Source: Octopus bimaculoides (taxonomy: Eukaryota). From it: DNA of 39,989 nt. A model generated the notes under the pieces. It saw nothing but the letters and a program-made list of their open reading frames with translations. It did no database searches and was not told where the DNA came from. This document shows positions 25,791 to 37,340 of this stretch, in pieces. The stretch covers positions 37,887,355 to 37,927,343 of the forward strand of contig NC_068991.1 of the NCBI RefSeq assembly GCF_001194135.2, read 5' to 3'. Made by a program: the position numbers and the translations under genes. Numbering within the stretch: position 1 is the stretch's first letter; each line of letters starts with the position of its first letter.

Positions 25791-26033
25791 TTATCATACT
25801 AGGCGATCAAACATTCAAGATTACGAGTTCCAGAAGACGATAATAAGTATGTCAGCATTTATCTTTGTATATAATTATTTCAAGTATTAAAGGCATATTC
25901 AAATACCGAGCTCATATATGATATACACACACAAGCACACATGTATACATATGTTTGTGTATGTCTGCGTGGGCAGCGCCTGTGTATACACAATATACAC
26001 GGACAAATATGTATACGTATGTGTGTACATGTA

Positions 26034-26107
<74 letters not shown>

Positions 26108-26751
26108 CATACATACAGACAGAAAGACAGACAATACATACAGAAAGACAGACAGACAGATAGATAGATACGTACACATACTCCTGTACGTACATACATA
26201 CATACATATATAAATGTATACACACGCACACACACACACGCACACACATATATTGTTAAATCATTGGATTGTGATAGTTTTATATAAGCAACTTCGAGTG
26301 TTCTAGACCATCATATTGATCCATTTAGTAATTTATCGATGTCTATTAACTGAATTTCAAATGACGAGACATAAGAAATGGAATTAAACACACGCTTACA
26401 CTAGTAAACATAACTACAGAGATGCGCATACAAGCAAACACAACACAAATAAAAACAGACACACGCATCTACATAAATTATGTACATGCATCCCATCCAT
26501 CCATCCATCCATCCAAGAATCTATCTATCTATTTATCTATCTATTTATCTGTCTATCTATCTAACTAACTATCTATCTATCTATCTATATAATTGTCTGT
26601 CTGTCTATCTACCTAGCTAGCTATCTATCTATCTAATTGTGCATACATACATACATACATACATACATACATACATGTATGCAGATGCTTTTACAGACAT
26701 AAATTATATATGCGCATGGATTATAAATGTACAAATATGCATGCAAATAGG

Positions 26752-26795
<44 letters not shown>

Positions 26796-26869
26796 TTTGC
26801 GTGTGTGTGCGCGCATGTGCATTTATGTATATGCATAGGTAGACACATAGATATAGATATAGATATATT

Positions 26870-26913
<44 letters not shown>

Positions 26914-27525
26914 TATGTGTATATATATTTATATATATATATGTATATATATATGTATGTATTTATGTATGTATATATGTATGTATATATATATATATAT
27001 TTATACATATAATTAAGGGATCAGCAATTATATGTATAAATATATGAACTTTTGAATAAGTTCTCCACCAATAATGGTGCTTTCATACCGATGGGCTTGG
27101 TAAAAATTATTAATTATTAATTGATTTATTAATTAATAAATTGATAATCCTTTACCTTTTTAATCTATATATATATATATATATACAAGATGGGGAAACT
27201 ACCGAAATTTCAATGTTGCACAAAGAACAGTCTAATCCACGCTTTAAAAGTGGGGCTGAATGCGTGACTGTAGATGAGCGATAAATATAGTAATGCTAAT
27301 TATTTTGCTCTCAATATATTTATAATTTCAATTTATCAAGACCACCCCGCTACGCCTGGTAGTCTGCGCTTATCTCCACGTTCCTCCATCAGCGTTATTC
27401 TTAGGAAGTTTTGTATGTCTATTTATCGACTTAATGAACTTCTGTTTGACATGTGTGCGCGTGTGTGCGTACGTGCGTGTGTGTGTTTATATATACATAT
27501 GTATGTGTGTGTGTGTGGATGTGTG

Positions 27526-27746
27526 TCTTTTATATTTTGCTGTCATTGCGACTACGCTGGGGCACCACCTTGAAGAATTTTAGTTAAACGAATCGAACAC
27601 AGTAATCATTTTTTTAAACTAGGTACTTATTCCGTCGTTCAGTTCTGCTGAACCGCTAGGCAAAACATAAACATCGGTTTTCAAGTCGTATGTATGTGAG
27701 AGGGTGCAAACACATGCGTGCACACAAACATACAAGATATATATCC

Positions 27747-27842
<96 letters not shown>

Positions 27843-28185
27843 CGAAGGAGTGCTGAAAACTTCCAGGTTTTGGGTAAAAGAAAATACACGCGAATCGTTT
27901 AATTATAATTTTATAAAACACATTCCCCTCTCAGATTCACACATTTATTGCAGTCGTCCTTCAGTTTTTCTGGGCTCTGTAAAAGTACTTAGAAACTCGG
28001 AAGGTTAAGCGTCCAACCAGCCCTTTCGCGACACCTTTAAAGCCAGGGACTTTTCAGCACCCCCTTCATGTATATGTATGTATACACTTACACAGCGGGC
28101 TTCTTTTAGTTTCTATTTCCCGAGTCCATTCACAGGGCTTTCGTGATCCGGTGGCTATAGTCGAAGATATTTACCCAAGGTGCCA
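27526..28185 (-). mobile_element. SINE family B interrupted by a mariner-type MITE
   Basis: 3' half at 27526-27688 and 5' half at 28093-28185 are colinear on the minus strand. The microsatellite middle contains the 27841-28072 MITE. Confidence 0.7.
27841..28072. mobile_element. Tc1/mariner-type MITE (232 bp including flanking TA)
   Basis: Left end TACGAAGGAGTGCTGAAAACTTCC; the right end reverse-complements to TACATGAAGGGGGTGCTGAAAAGTCCC. TA at both ends, inserted in (TA)n. Confidence 0.82.
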
Positions 28186-28638
28186 AGCTAAACTTGCCAA
28201 GCATATTTCTGTTAGGGGACACTTCACCTATAACGTTATTCTTGTCCACCCATTTTATCTACCTCCAACCCACCTCCACATAATATTCTCTACCCCACGT
28301 TCACTACCCCACGTTCACTAACCACACACACACACACACGCACAGATCATGTCTCTCTCTAGTCTAATTCCAAGAATGAAACTACTAGATATCGTAAATC
28401 CTTGTACTTTCTAATGCCCATAAGAAACACCTCTTTACATTTGTGTTGAGTTGTTTTCCCTTTCTCAAGCATAGTTACCCATTAGCTACTCAGACTCGTG
28501 TGGATATGCATGCGCGTGTCCCTCACAAAGCTTCGGGTGAAACAAAATATATTTTGTCGAACTCACGCTTGTTGATTAAATATGTTACGTACAAACACAC
28601 GCACACGCACACACATACACACCTACACATATATATAT

Positions 28639-28792
28639 GGAGTTTGCTTCTCAACCACATGGTTCTGGGTTCAGTCCCACTGTGTGGGCCCTTGGGCAAA
28701 TGTCTTCTGCTTACAGCCTCAGGCCGACTAAAGACTTGTGGGTGGACTTGGTAGACGGAAACTGAAAGAAGCCAGTCGTGTGTGTGTGTGTG

Positions 28793-28837
<45 letters not shown>

Positions 28838-29041
28838 CTGTGTTTGTCCCTCTACCATCGCTTGACAACCGATGTTGGTGCGTTTGCGTCCCCGTAACTT
28901 AACGGTTCAGCAAAATAGACAGGTAGAATAAGTTCTAGGCTTACAAAGAATAAGTCCTGGAGTCGATTTGTTCGACTAAAGGCGGTGCTTCAGCATGGCC
29001 GCAATCAAATGACTGAAACAAGTAAAAGAATAAGATAAAAG
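28639..29041 (+). mobile_element. SINE family B, near full length
   Basis: GGTTCTGGGTTCAGTCCCACT B-box region, internal (GT)n, and 3' AAGGCGGTGCTTCAGCATGGCCGCAATCAAATGACTGAAACAAGTAAAAGAATAA. Confidence 0.88.
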
Positions 29042-30480
29042 AATATATATTTACATATATTTATGTACGTACGTAGGTACGTAAGTGCGTACGAAGATAA
29101 GTATGAGTGCATGTATATTTCCATGTATATATGTATGTATATGTATTGAATATGTACGTAGGAATGTATATACCTATGTATTCACACACAAACTTGTACA
29201 TTCATACAGACACGTATACACACCCTTACATTCGCCGATACGTGCATTCATGGAAACAAAGCTATTTCAACTTGCTTTCAAATAATAATGATTCTATAAT
29301 AAACGCATAATGTCTCTTCATTATGCTGTTGTGTAACCACATAACTTCACCTCAGATGAAACAAACCCAACACACTCACACACACACACATACACGTATA
29401 CATATACAGACAGGCGAGTGTGTGTAGCCATCTGAACTTGTGAAGTGGAAGCATGTGTATGGCATATTATAGCTCGATAGGTATGTGCACCAGCTCTGTG
29501 GCCATTTGGAAACACTGGGAGATAGCAACTGTTCGCCACTACAGCCTGACAGCTTTGATGTTTATTGAACTGCACTGAATTAGCTGTTCATCGTGTTCTT
29601 TTCGAGCTTTATATGATCAATGATTGACCAGAATTATCGGAAATCTCAGACTACAAATGAATGGTTGGTCAAAACGACAGGAAAAGTTGATTCGTTGGAA
29701 TGTGAAGATAATTAATATAGGATTACGACTTAGCTAGATGTAGGCCAATTTTCGTGGTGCGTGTGCGCGTGTGCGTTATAGTTGATTATAGGGAACACTT
29801 TGTCGGGATGTTAGTGATTTCAGAATGATTAAGAGGAATGTGGAGAGAAGCGAGGGCTGATTGAACCAAGAACATTAGAGAATTATGACATTCAGGCATT
29901 TGACGCCAAACAATGATATTTATACGTAATAAAAGTTTCATTTGGGCCAGGCAGAAGGGTTTTATGAAGTGGGGTCAATGGGAGGCTTGTGTTTCAAATA
30001 TTTTAGCAGCAGCGCAGTGAAGTAAATTTTCATAATCCGTTGGCAAAACTAGCCCAAATCCTTTGCGAGAACGAAATCGTTGGCATTGAGTTACGGTCAC
30101 CTCATTATAGTCCCCTGTTCCCCAGGAATGGATCACTCGTTGGTTTTTTGGATACACTCAACGACACTACTGCTTACTAAATGCTACACACACACACACA
30201 CACATATGTATGCAAAGAACTATGTTATTCCAGGTGAATCAACGTCACATAAGAAACGCAATTAAGGGCACTGGCATCAAACAGCCTTATTTACCAATTT
30301 CTGTTGGGGTAGTACCAATAGCATAAGCGGTGCTCCACCATGGCCATATCCTCCAGGGCTATAAGTAATAAAAGAATAAAGGTGTATATATACATGTGTT
30401 TATGTTTGTGTGTATGTATGTTTGTAGGCAAGTGTGTGTGTGTGTGTGTGTGTCATATATAGATTGATTTAATAATTTTC

Positions 30481-30502
30481 ATTTTTTTTATTTTATTTGC
30501 AG
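30481..30502 (+). promoter_or_regulatory. Probable 3' splice acceptor of a 5'-UTR intron of Fezf
   Basis: T-rich tract ending TTGCAG (ATTTTTTTTATTTTATTTGCAG), 92 nt before the ATG and preceded by GT microsatellite typical of intron. The upstream exon was not identified. Confidence 0.55.
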
Positions 30503-30594
30503 ATATTTCTATCTACTCCAGTGAGATTTTACAAGAAACCAATCGAAATTGAAAAATATTTTCCTTCACAAACAAGCCAGTAAAGCTATTGAAA

Positions 30595-32622
30595 ATGTAT
30601 GAAGAGAGTAGCAGCGGTCGAAGTATGGAGGGTAGCTTGCCTCGTTCGTCAGTATTGATCAAAAAGGAACTTCCAAGGCACATGCCTTCCAATAGAAACA
30701 GTGAAAACTCAAAAGCTGAACTGACATTTTCCATTGAGAAAATTATGGAATTTACGCCGTCCAAGCGGACTAATAAAGATCTATCTCCACAACAGCATTT
30801 ACACAATAACCAACATAATAGCAACAGTAACGTGTGCATCAACAACAATCATAGCAACAACATTAACTCTTCTAACAATAATCATAATGTTCACAATAGC
30901 ATCATTAACAATACCAATAATATCGTCAACAATAACAGCAACAACAACATTCTTAAGGTCAGTGGACACAATGGTTACAAAACTCAGTCGAAAAACATCG
31001 ATTCGTTATGGGTTCCAACATCGGTGTTTAATCCGTCAATGCATGGATCTGCATACGCGAGTATCTTCTTTAATACGGATCTCCAACGACGGGCAGGCTT
31101 AAACTTAATTAGTAATCCTTCAGATTATAGGGACCCAGTTATTTATGCACCTTACCTCCATCCAGCGTTTCCGTTACCTCGAAACGCTAACGTAAATGAT
31201 TACCAGACACAAATACTTAGGCAATATCCCTTTTTATTTAATTCGAACTCCATCAGAAAAGACAGAAATCTGGAGACTCTCAATATGTTTAAAAATACAG
31301 GTTTTCAGGGATTACATCATAATGCATCCAGATATTCGTCGGCCATCGATAAAAATTTAATTGTTGACGTAGGAGGTTATGCCTGCAAAGATTCCATTAT
31401 CGGCAGTGGTGTATCTGAGAATGGTATAAGCAGCGGGTGCTCCGTAAATAGTAACAGCATGAATGGTAGTAGTGTATGGAAAAGTCCACAAAGTCTAACA
31501 CCAAATGCACATTGCTCTTCGTCGCAAAGAAAATCTTTTATCGAAAATAGTAACGTTTATTCGGATGCTTCTGCTCTTCCATTGGCTTTGACGCCGAACT
31601 CTACGAGTTCCAAGCAACATGAGAGCTTAAACAGTTCTTGTAACTCTAGTCAGCAGGGAGAAGATGGAAGATCTAGTATTAAATCAACAATTGCCGTCGG
31701 TTCACCGGACTCAGCTTTGGTATCGCCGAATAATATTGCCAATACCAGCAACAGTTCTTCTCTGATGGCAGGGCGATCTTTGGTAGCAAAGAAAAACAGT
31801 TTAAAGACACAGAAGACGTTCACGTGCCCCGAATGTGGCAAGATTTTCAATGCCCACTATAACCTAACACGTCACATGCCTGTGCACACTGGTGCTCGTC
31901 CATTCATATGTAAAGTATGTGGTAAAGGTTTTCGACAAGCCAGTACTCTGTGCCGTCATAAGATTATACACACTTCGGAAAAACCACATAAATGCAACAC
32001 TTGCGGGAAGGCCTTTAACCGGAGCTCCACGCTGAACACACACATGCGTATACACCAGGGTTACAAGCCATTCGTCTGTGAGTACTGCGGTAAAGGGTTC
32101 CATCAGAAAGGTAACTATAAAAATCATAAATTGACACACAGCTCCGAAAAACAGTTCAAATGTTCTGTATGCAACAAGGCCTTTCACCAGATCTACAACC
32201 TCACTTTTCATATGCATACCCACAACGAAAAGAAACCGTTCACCTGTCAGATATGCGGTAAAGGGTTTTGTCGAAATTTTGACCTAAAGAAACATATGCG
32301 AAAATTACACGAAGGTGCTTCACTTCCATCTTCCGGTTCTTCGTTCGGCGGAAGACTAATCAGTTCACCCGGGAATGGTAGCGCTGGTTTGCATCACAGT
32401 TCGCATCCAAATCTAACAAATCCAGCACCAAACACAAGCAGTATGCTAGCAGCAGCAGCTGCACAATCCTCTCTTTCAAACCAAGCTGCAGCGGTGTTCT
32501 TTTCACGGCCGACAGCTCTTCTTTCACAGAATCCTTTGACGTGTCATCGTTCTTTGCTCTCGCCTCTCGTCCTTAATTCCTCAGCCACCAGTCTATTACA
32601 CAAAATATCTTCTATGATATAA
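30595..32622 (+). CDS. Fezf: Fez family zinc-finger transcription factor (Fezf1/2, Drosophila earmuff orthologue), 675 aa, single coding exon
   Basis: Open frame to TAA at 32620-32622. The first ATG is at 30595 (the track starts at TTG 30589), with an in-frame TGA upstream at 30550-30552. It contains LTFSIEKIM (eh1) and six C2H2 fingers with Fezf-diagnostic sequence ([79 protein letters not shown]). Confidence 0.97.
   Translation: MYEESSSGRSMEGSLPRSSVLIKKELPRHMPSNRNSENSKAELTFSIEKIMEFTPSKRTNKDLSPQQHLHNNQHNSNSNVCINNNHSNNINSSNNNHNVHNSIINNTNNIVNNNSNNNILKVSGHNGYKTQSKNIDSLWVPTSVFNPSMHGSAYASIFFNTDLQRRAGLNLISNPSDYRDPVIYAPYLHPAFPLPRNANVNDYQTQILRQYPFLFNSNSIRKDRNLETLNMFKNTGFQGLHHNASRYSSAIDKNLIVDVGGYACKDSIIGSGVSENGISSGCSVNSNSMNGSSVWKSPQSLTPNAHCSSSQRKSFIENSNVYSDASALPLALTPNSTSSKQHESLNSSCNSSQQGEDGRSSIKSTIAVGSPDSALVSPNNIANTSNSSSLMAGRSLVAKKNSLKTQKTFTCPECGKIFNAHYNLTRHMPVHTGARPFICKVCGKGFRQASTLCRHKIIHTSEKPHKCNTCGKAFNRSSTLNTHMRIHQGYKPFVCEYCGKGFHQKGNYKNHKLTHSSEKQFKCSVCNKAFHQIYNLTFHMHTHNEKKPFTCQICGKGFCRNFDLKKHMRKLHEGASLPSSGSSFGGRLISSPGNGSAGLHHSSHPNLTNPAPNTSSMLAAAAAQSSLSNQAAAVFFSRPTALLSQNPLTCHRSLLSPLVLNSSATSLLHKISSMI
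30721..30747 (+). other. Engrailed-homology-1 (eh1, Groucho/TLE-binding) motif of Fezf
   Basis: Translates LTFSIEKIM, matching the FSIxxIM eh1 pattern found near the N-terminus of Fezf proteins. Confidence 0.9.
31819..32310 (+). other. Array of six C2H2 zinc fingers
   Basis: Six CxxC-x12-HxxxH(H) units joined by TGARP, TSEKP, QGYKP, SSEKQ and NEKKP linkers, read directly from the ORF. Confidence 0.97.
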
Positions 32623-32959
32623 TTAAACTCTCTTAGTTTGTTGGAAGTTTTTCTATGTTTTTTTTAAATTATGTACTTTAAATTTTCCAGCATTTCAGTC
32701 CGTGAATAATTAATTTAAAAGAAAAAAAAGACAAAGATAAATTAAATAACAAAAACAAAAACAAATGATGAATGTAAAAAAAAAAAAAAAACTATTTTCA
32801 AACATTCTAAAAACAATTACAACAACAATAATAATACTAACAATAATGACCATAACAAAAACTCTCCCCCAAAACACAAATGCAGAAGCAACATCAATAT
32901 GGCAGTGAAATGAGAGTGAGAAACAGAAATAAAATACAAAGATATGCTGATTCATTACA

Positions 32960-33756
32960 ATAACTGAAAGAAGTAACTGTAGCAGCAGCAGCAGTAGTAG
33001 TTGTAGTTGTAGTAGTAGTAGTTGCAGTTGTAGTAGTAGTAGTTGCAGTAGAAGTGGTACTACTGTTAGTAGAAGACGAGGAAGAAGACTGCACAGAAGA
33101 CAAGTAAAGGGGAAATAGAAAAACAAGAGGCGAAGAACAGAAGAACAACAGGTAAAAAAGAAAGAAGAGAAAGGGGAAGGTGAGGTAAAAAGACGCTAGA
33201 AAGAGCAGCACACAGACTGCAGGTATTTCCAAGAACGAAATATTGCTGTGGACGAGTTTATTTGTTGCTCAAAATACTCCTTGGGATTACTTAACATGGT
33301 TCTTCTCTTATATTACTTATTTGGCAAAGAGTAAGGCTCTCTGGTCACAATGATAACGATGATGGTGATGGTGGTGGTGGTGGTGGTGGAGGAGGAGGAG
33401 GAAAGGAAGAAAAGAAGGAAAGGAAGAAAAGAAGGGAAGGAAGAGGAGGACAACGAGTAGAACACTGATGATGATGATGATGATGACGATGATGATGATG
33501 ACGACAACGATGATTTCAGCCATGACGAATACTAAAACGTTCATCGTCGAGATCATTATCATCATCATCATCACCGTCGTCATCATCGTCGTCGTCGACA
33601 TCATCGTCATCATCACAATTACCATGACGTTGGCAGGAGACACGGCAGAAGTAAGACAACAAACAGGTTGTTGATGGTGATGAAGGTGACGACAGGGAGA
33701 GGTAAACAAAAAGCACGCGATACGAGAACCTACTACTACTACTGCTGCTACTACTG

Positions 33757-33811
<55 letters not shown>

Positions 33812-33835
33812 CACTGCTACTACTACGGTTACTGC
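32960..33835. repeat. Low-complexity block downstream of Fezf: (GTA/GCA)n, purine runs, (GAT)n, (CAT)n, (TAC)n
   Basis: Direct reading. Confidence 0.85.
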
Positions 33836-34508
33836 CACAATGAAATGTGGCTCAAATATCATTGACAGTAAAGATGTGTGTAAAATTCTGTATACAAATA
33901 TTATAAATATATAAATATATATATAAATGGTATAAATGATTGGTTGAACATACTATCATGTTTTTATTGTTATTTTTCTAATACTTTTGAATTCGTTACC
34001 GTTACTTACTGTTTCATATATATACATAAACATGTGTACATACACACACACACACATATATATATGTATATGNNNNNNNNNNNNNNNNNNNNNNNNNNNN
34101 NNNNNNNNNNNNNNNNNNNNNNNNNNNNNNNNNNNNNNNNNNNNNNNNNNNNNNNNNNNNNNNNNNNNNNNNATTGATATTAATCAAATTAATATTCAAT
34201 TTTTCACCCTTATTATTAAAATATATATATATATATATATACGAACGAACAGACTCACCCATGTGTACAGGGCTGTCTTATTCTAGGCATCCTGGAAAAT
34301 GAGCACATGTGCGTGTAGAATTATTTATTGCCAGTAACCCACACCATGCATGCATTAGAATAGGACCTCCCGAGCCTGTGGGAACTTTAACCTGTGGGTC
34401 CTCCCAGTCCAACTGACCAGTACGCCCACACGTGAGGACGGCACTGTATATGTACATATGTAGTAATCATAGGATGATGGTAAGTACACTAAAGATGTGG
34501 ATATTATT

Positions 34509-34717
34509 AATCTTTTCTATTATAGGCACAAGGCCTGAAATTTGGGGGAGAGGATAATCGATTACATTGACGCCAGTATTTTACTAATACTTAATTTATC
34601 GAACCCAAAAGGATGAAAGTCGACCCCAGCGGAATTTGAACTCACAACGTTGCGACAGGCGAAATACCGCTAAGCATTTCGTCCAGCGTGCTAACGATTC
34701 TACCAGCTCACCGCCTT
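34509..34717 (-). mobile_element. tRNA-type SINE family A
   Basis: Reverse complement reads AAGGCGGTGAGCTGGTAGAATCGTTAGCACGC..GTGAGTTCAAATTCCGCTGGGGTCGAC, homologous to 17906-18120. Confidence 0.85.
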
Positions 34718-34894
34718 GCGGATGTTACTAAACGTCGGATGTTTAATTCTAATATTGGTTTGATTTCTTAATGAAATGGCTGGTGAGAAAGGGAAGTAAT
34801 TTTATTTGCTTGTTCCTTTTCGTTTGTCGGATTAATATTTTACTTTCTCTGCAAACAATTAACAGTACTTAACTGCTGACGTATAGAATTGTAT

Positions 34895-34960
<66 letters not shown>

Positions 34961-34980
34961 GCGCGCACACACACAACCAT

Positions 34981-35100
34981 TTCGGGGGAGAGGTTAAGTC
35001 GATTGCATCGACCCCGAAAGGATAAAAGCAAAAGTCGACGACGTTGGAATATAAACTCACATTTTTGTCTGGCGTGCTAACGACTCTACCAGATCACCGC
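34981..35100 (-). mobile_element. SINE family A, internally deleted copy
   Basis: Reverse complement has the GCGGTGATCTGGTAGAGTCGTTAGCACGCC head and GTCGACTTTTGCTTTTATCCTTTCGGGGTCGAT core. Confidence 0.7.
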
Positions 35101-35147
35101 TACCTATAATATGCGTGAGTGTGTGTTTGTGTGTGTGTGTGTAGGGG

Positions 35148-35310
35148 GAGAATTCACAAAAAAAAACACAAAAGACGGAGACAGGTGGTGTGGAAAACAA
35201 ACAGATGTTTTAGCATAACGCTCGGGAAGTGAAAAAGTCTTTAACGTTTCGAGCCTACGCTCTTCCACAGAAAGGAACACGGAAAGAAACAAGTAGAGAA
35301 AAAAGGAGAG
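35148..35310 (-). mobile_element. Short repeat carrying a variant hammerhead fold (copy 2)
   Basis: Reverse complement aligns with 5786-5946 (CCTTTCTGTSGAAGARCGTAGGCTCGAAACGTWAAAGAC..CTTCCYGAGCGTTA..ACATCTGT..GTCTTTTG). Confidence 0.78.
35239..35274 (-). ncRNA. Variant-core minimal hammerhead-like motif
   Basis: CUUU-CUGUGGA-A-GAGC-GUAG-GCUC-GAAAC-GUU^AAAG. Perfect 4-bp stems I and II, palindromic ACGU stem III, and U at core position 6. Confidence 0.55.
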
Positions 35311-36080
35311 AAAAAAGGAGAGAAAAAAAGGAGAGAAGAAAAAAATGTGTNNNNNNNNNNNNNNNNNNNNNNNNNNNNNNNNNNNNNNNNNNNNNNNNNN
35401 NNNNNNNNNNNNNNNNNNNNNNNNNNNNNNNNNNNNNNNNNNNNNNNNNNNNNNNNNNNNNNNNNNNNNNNNNNNNNNNNNNNNNNNNNNNNNNNNNNNN
35501 NNNNNNNNNNNNNNNNNNNNNNNNNNNNNNNNNNNNNNNNNNNNNNNNNNNNNNNNNNNNNNNNNNNNNNNNNNNNNNNNNNNNNNNNNNNNNNNNNNNN
35601 NNNNNNNNNNNNNNNNNNNNNNNNNNNNNNNNNNNNNNNNNNNNNNNNNNNNNNNNNNNNNNNNNNNNNNNNNNNNNNNNNNNNNNNNNNNNNNNNNNNN
35701 NNNNNNNNNNNNNNNNNNNNNNNNNNNNNNNNNNNNNNNNNNNNNNNNNNNNNNNNNNNNNNNNNNNNNNNNNNNNNNNNNNNNNNNNNNNNNNNNNNNN
35801 NNNNNNNNNNNNNNNNNNNNNNNNNNNNNNNNNNNNNNNNNNNNNNNNNNNNNNNNNNATATATATATATATATATATATACATATATCATATATATATA
35901 ATATATATATATAAATATATATATATTATATATATAATGTATATATATAAATATATATATATGTATATATGTGTGTGTGTGTCTGTGTGTGTGTGTACAT
36001 ACATGCATGTATGTATATATATATATGTATATATACATACGGCCCCATATGCCTCAGCATATATAAATTTATGCACAAGT

Positions 36081-36234
36081 GTGGTTGAGTGGTGAGAATT
36101 TTACTTCCCAACCCCATGGTTCTCGGTTAAATCCCAATGTGTGGAACCTTGGACAAGTGTCTTCTACAATAGCTTCGAGCCGACCAAAAACAATGGGAGT
36201 GGATTTGGTAGACTGAAACTGAGAGATGCCCATC
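36081..36234 (+). mobile_element. SINE family B, 5' segment
   Basis: GTGGTTGAGTGGTGAGAA..CCAACCCCATGGTTCTCGGTTAAATCCC..CCTTGGACAAGTGTCTTCTAC..GAGTGGATTTGGTAGAC, homologous to 9867 and 28639. Confidence 0.78.
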
Positions 36235-36262
36235 ACACGCACACACACACATACACACACAC

Positions 36263-36300
<38 letters not shown>

Positions 36301-36380
36301 NNNNNNNNNNATATCTTCAGGAGGAGTTACCTCAATCCTTTCTATATTATTATTATTATTATCATTATTATTATTATTTA

Positions 36381-36902
36381 GTGAGAGAGCAGTGCATGAT
36401 ACTGGGGTAACGAAGCCCAGTATACCCATCATGACTACCCGTCTGACCAGGCACATGCATCACAACCATATGTGCGCGACATGGTGATCTCATATCAAGA
36501 TAAACAATGCATGACTTCGCAGGTGGGGCCCAGTTAGAATTTTCTTCAGGTCGAGTAGCCCATCCCACTCAAAAGGTCTCTGAATAAGGTTTGTTTAAAG
36601 ATGTTGAGCAAAACACCCATGTTTCCAAAGATAAATTATTCAAACCCTAAAGAATTCCTCTCAACACATGGCTATGATGCACCCCCACTATTTCTGCTCA
36701 TGATCAGAGATGCACATGTCGGCCACCAAGGGACATGCTCAATTGGTTAAGGTCAAACAATTGACAAGTAAATCTGTGGTATTAACCAGAATATTTGCTG
36801 TAGCCCGTCTTTTATACCAAGACAAAACAATATACATGATAACACTTCCAGTCAATTAAGATCAGAAGCCATGAGAGCCACTGCTTGGTACTGCATCCAG
36901 GC

Positions 36903-36906
<4 letters not shown>
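36381..36906. mobile_element. ~525-bp non-coding element bracketed by (TTA)n on both sides, probably an interspersed repeat
   Basis: Complex sequence sharply bounded by TAT/TTA tracts. It resembles a repeat I recall as abundant in Octopus (recall, not searched). No ORF of note. Confidence 0.5.

Positions 36907-36986
<80 letters not shown>
36905..36986. repeat. (TTA)n microsatellite at the 3' end of the R4/Dong-like element
   Basis: Direct reading. Confidence 0.95.
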
Positions 36987-37340
36987 CTGATGAAAACTCA
37001 GCTTATTTTGCTGGGTATGATGGAAAATGTCAGCTGTCCACAGCCAGCAGACTAAGGTGACACTTGATAACTGGTCATGCTTCAAGAACCCTACGAAGAA
37101 TTCTTGCAGTTTTAAGCAATACTGATTTTTGTAGGTATTCTACCTTCACACTTGCACCAGTCTTTTTCAGCCATGTTGGTAGTTGAGTGCTGATACTGCC
37201 AAGTGTACCAATTACTATTGGTATCACCTCTACTCGCTTCATTGACCACAACCTTCGTATTTCCCACTTCAAATCGTCATAGTTGTTTTTTTTTTCTTCT
37301 TTCACTTTGATCCTGTTGTCACCGGGGCATGCTATGTCGA
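36987..37340 (-). mobile_element. R4/Dong-like non-LTR retrotransposon, 3' end (restriction-like endonuclease and 3' UTR)
   Basis: Minus strand reads IDIACPGDNRIKVKEEKKNNYDDLKWEIRRLW..VIPIVIGTLG..LQKSVLLKTARILRRVLEA* (stop at 37075), then a short UTR running into (TAA)n. Confidence 0.85.

Noticed and set aside
30320-30380. GCGGTGCTCCACCATGGCC..AAAAGAATAAA near the Fezf 5' region as a regulatory or poly(A) element
   Set aside because: Matches the 3' end of SINE family B; a decayed repeat remnant.
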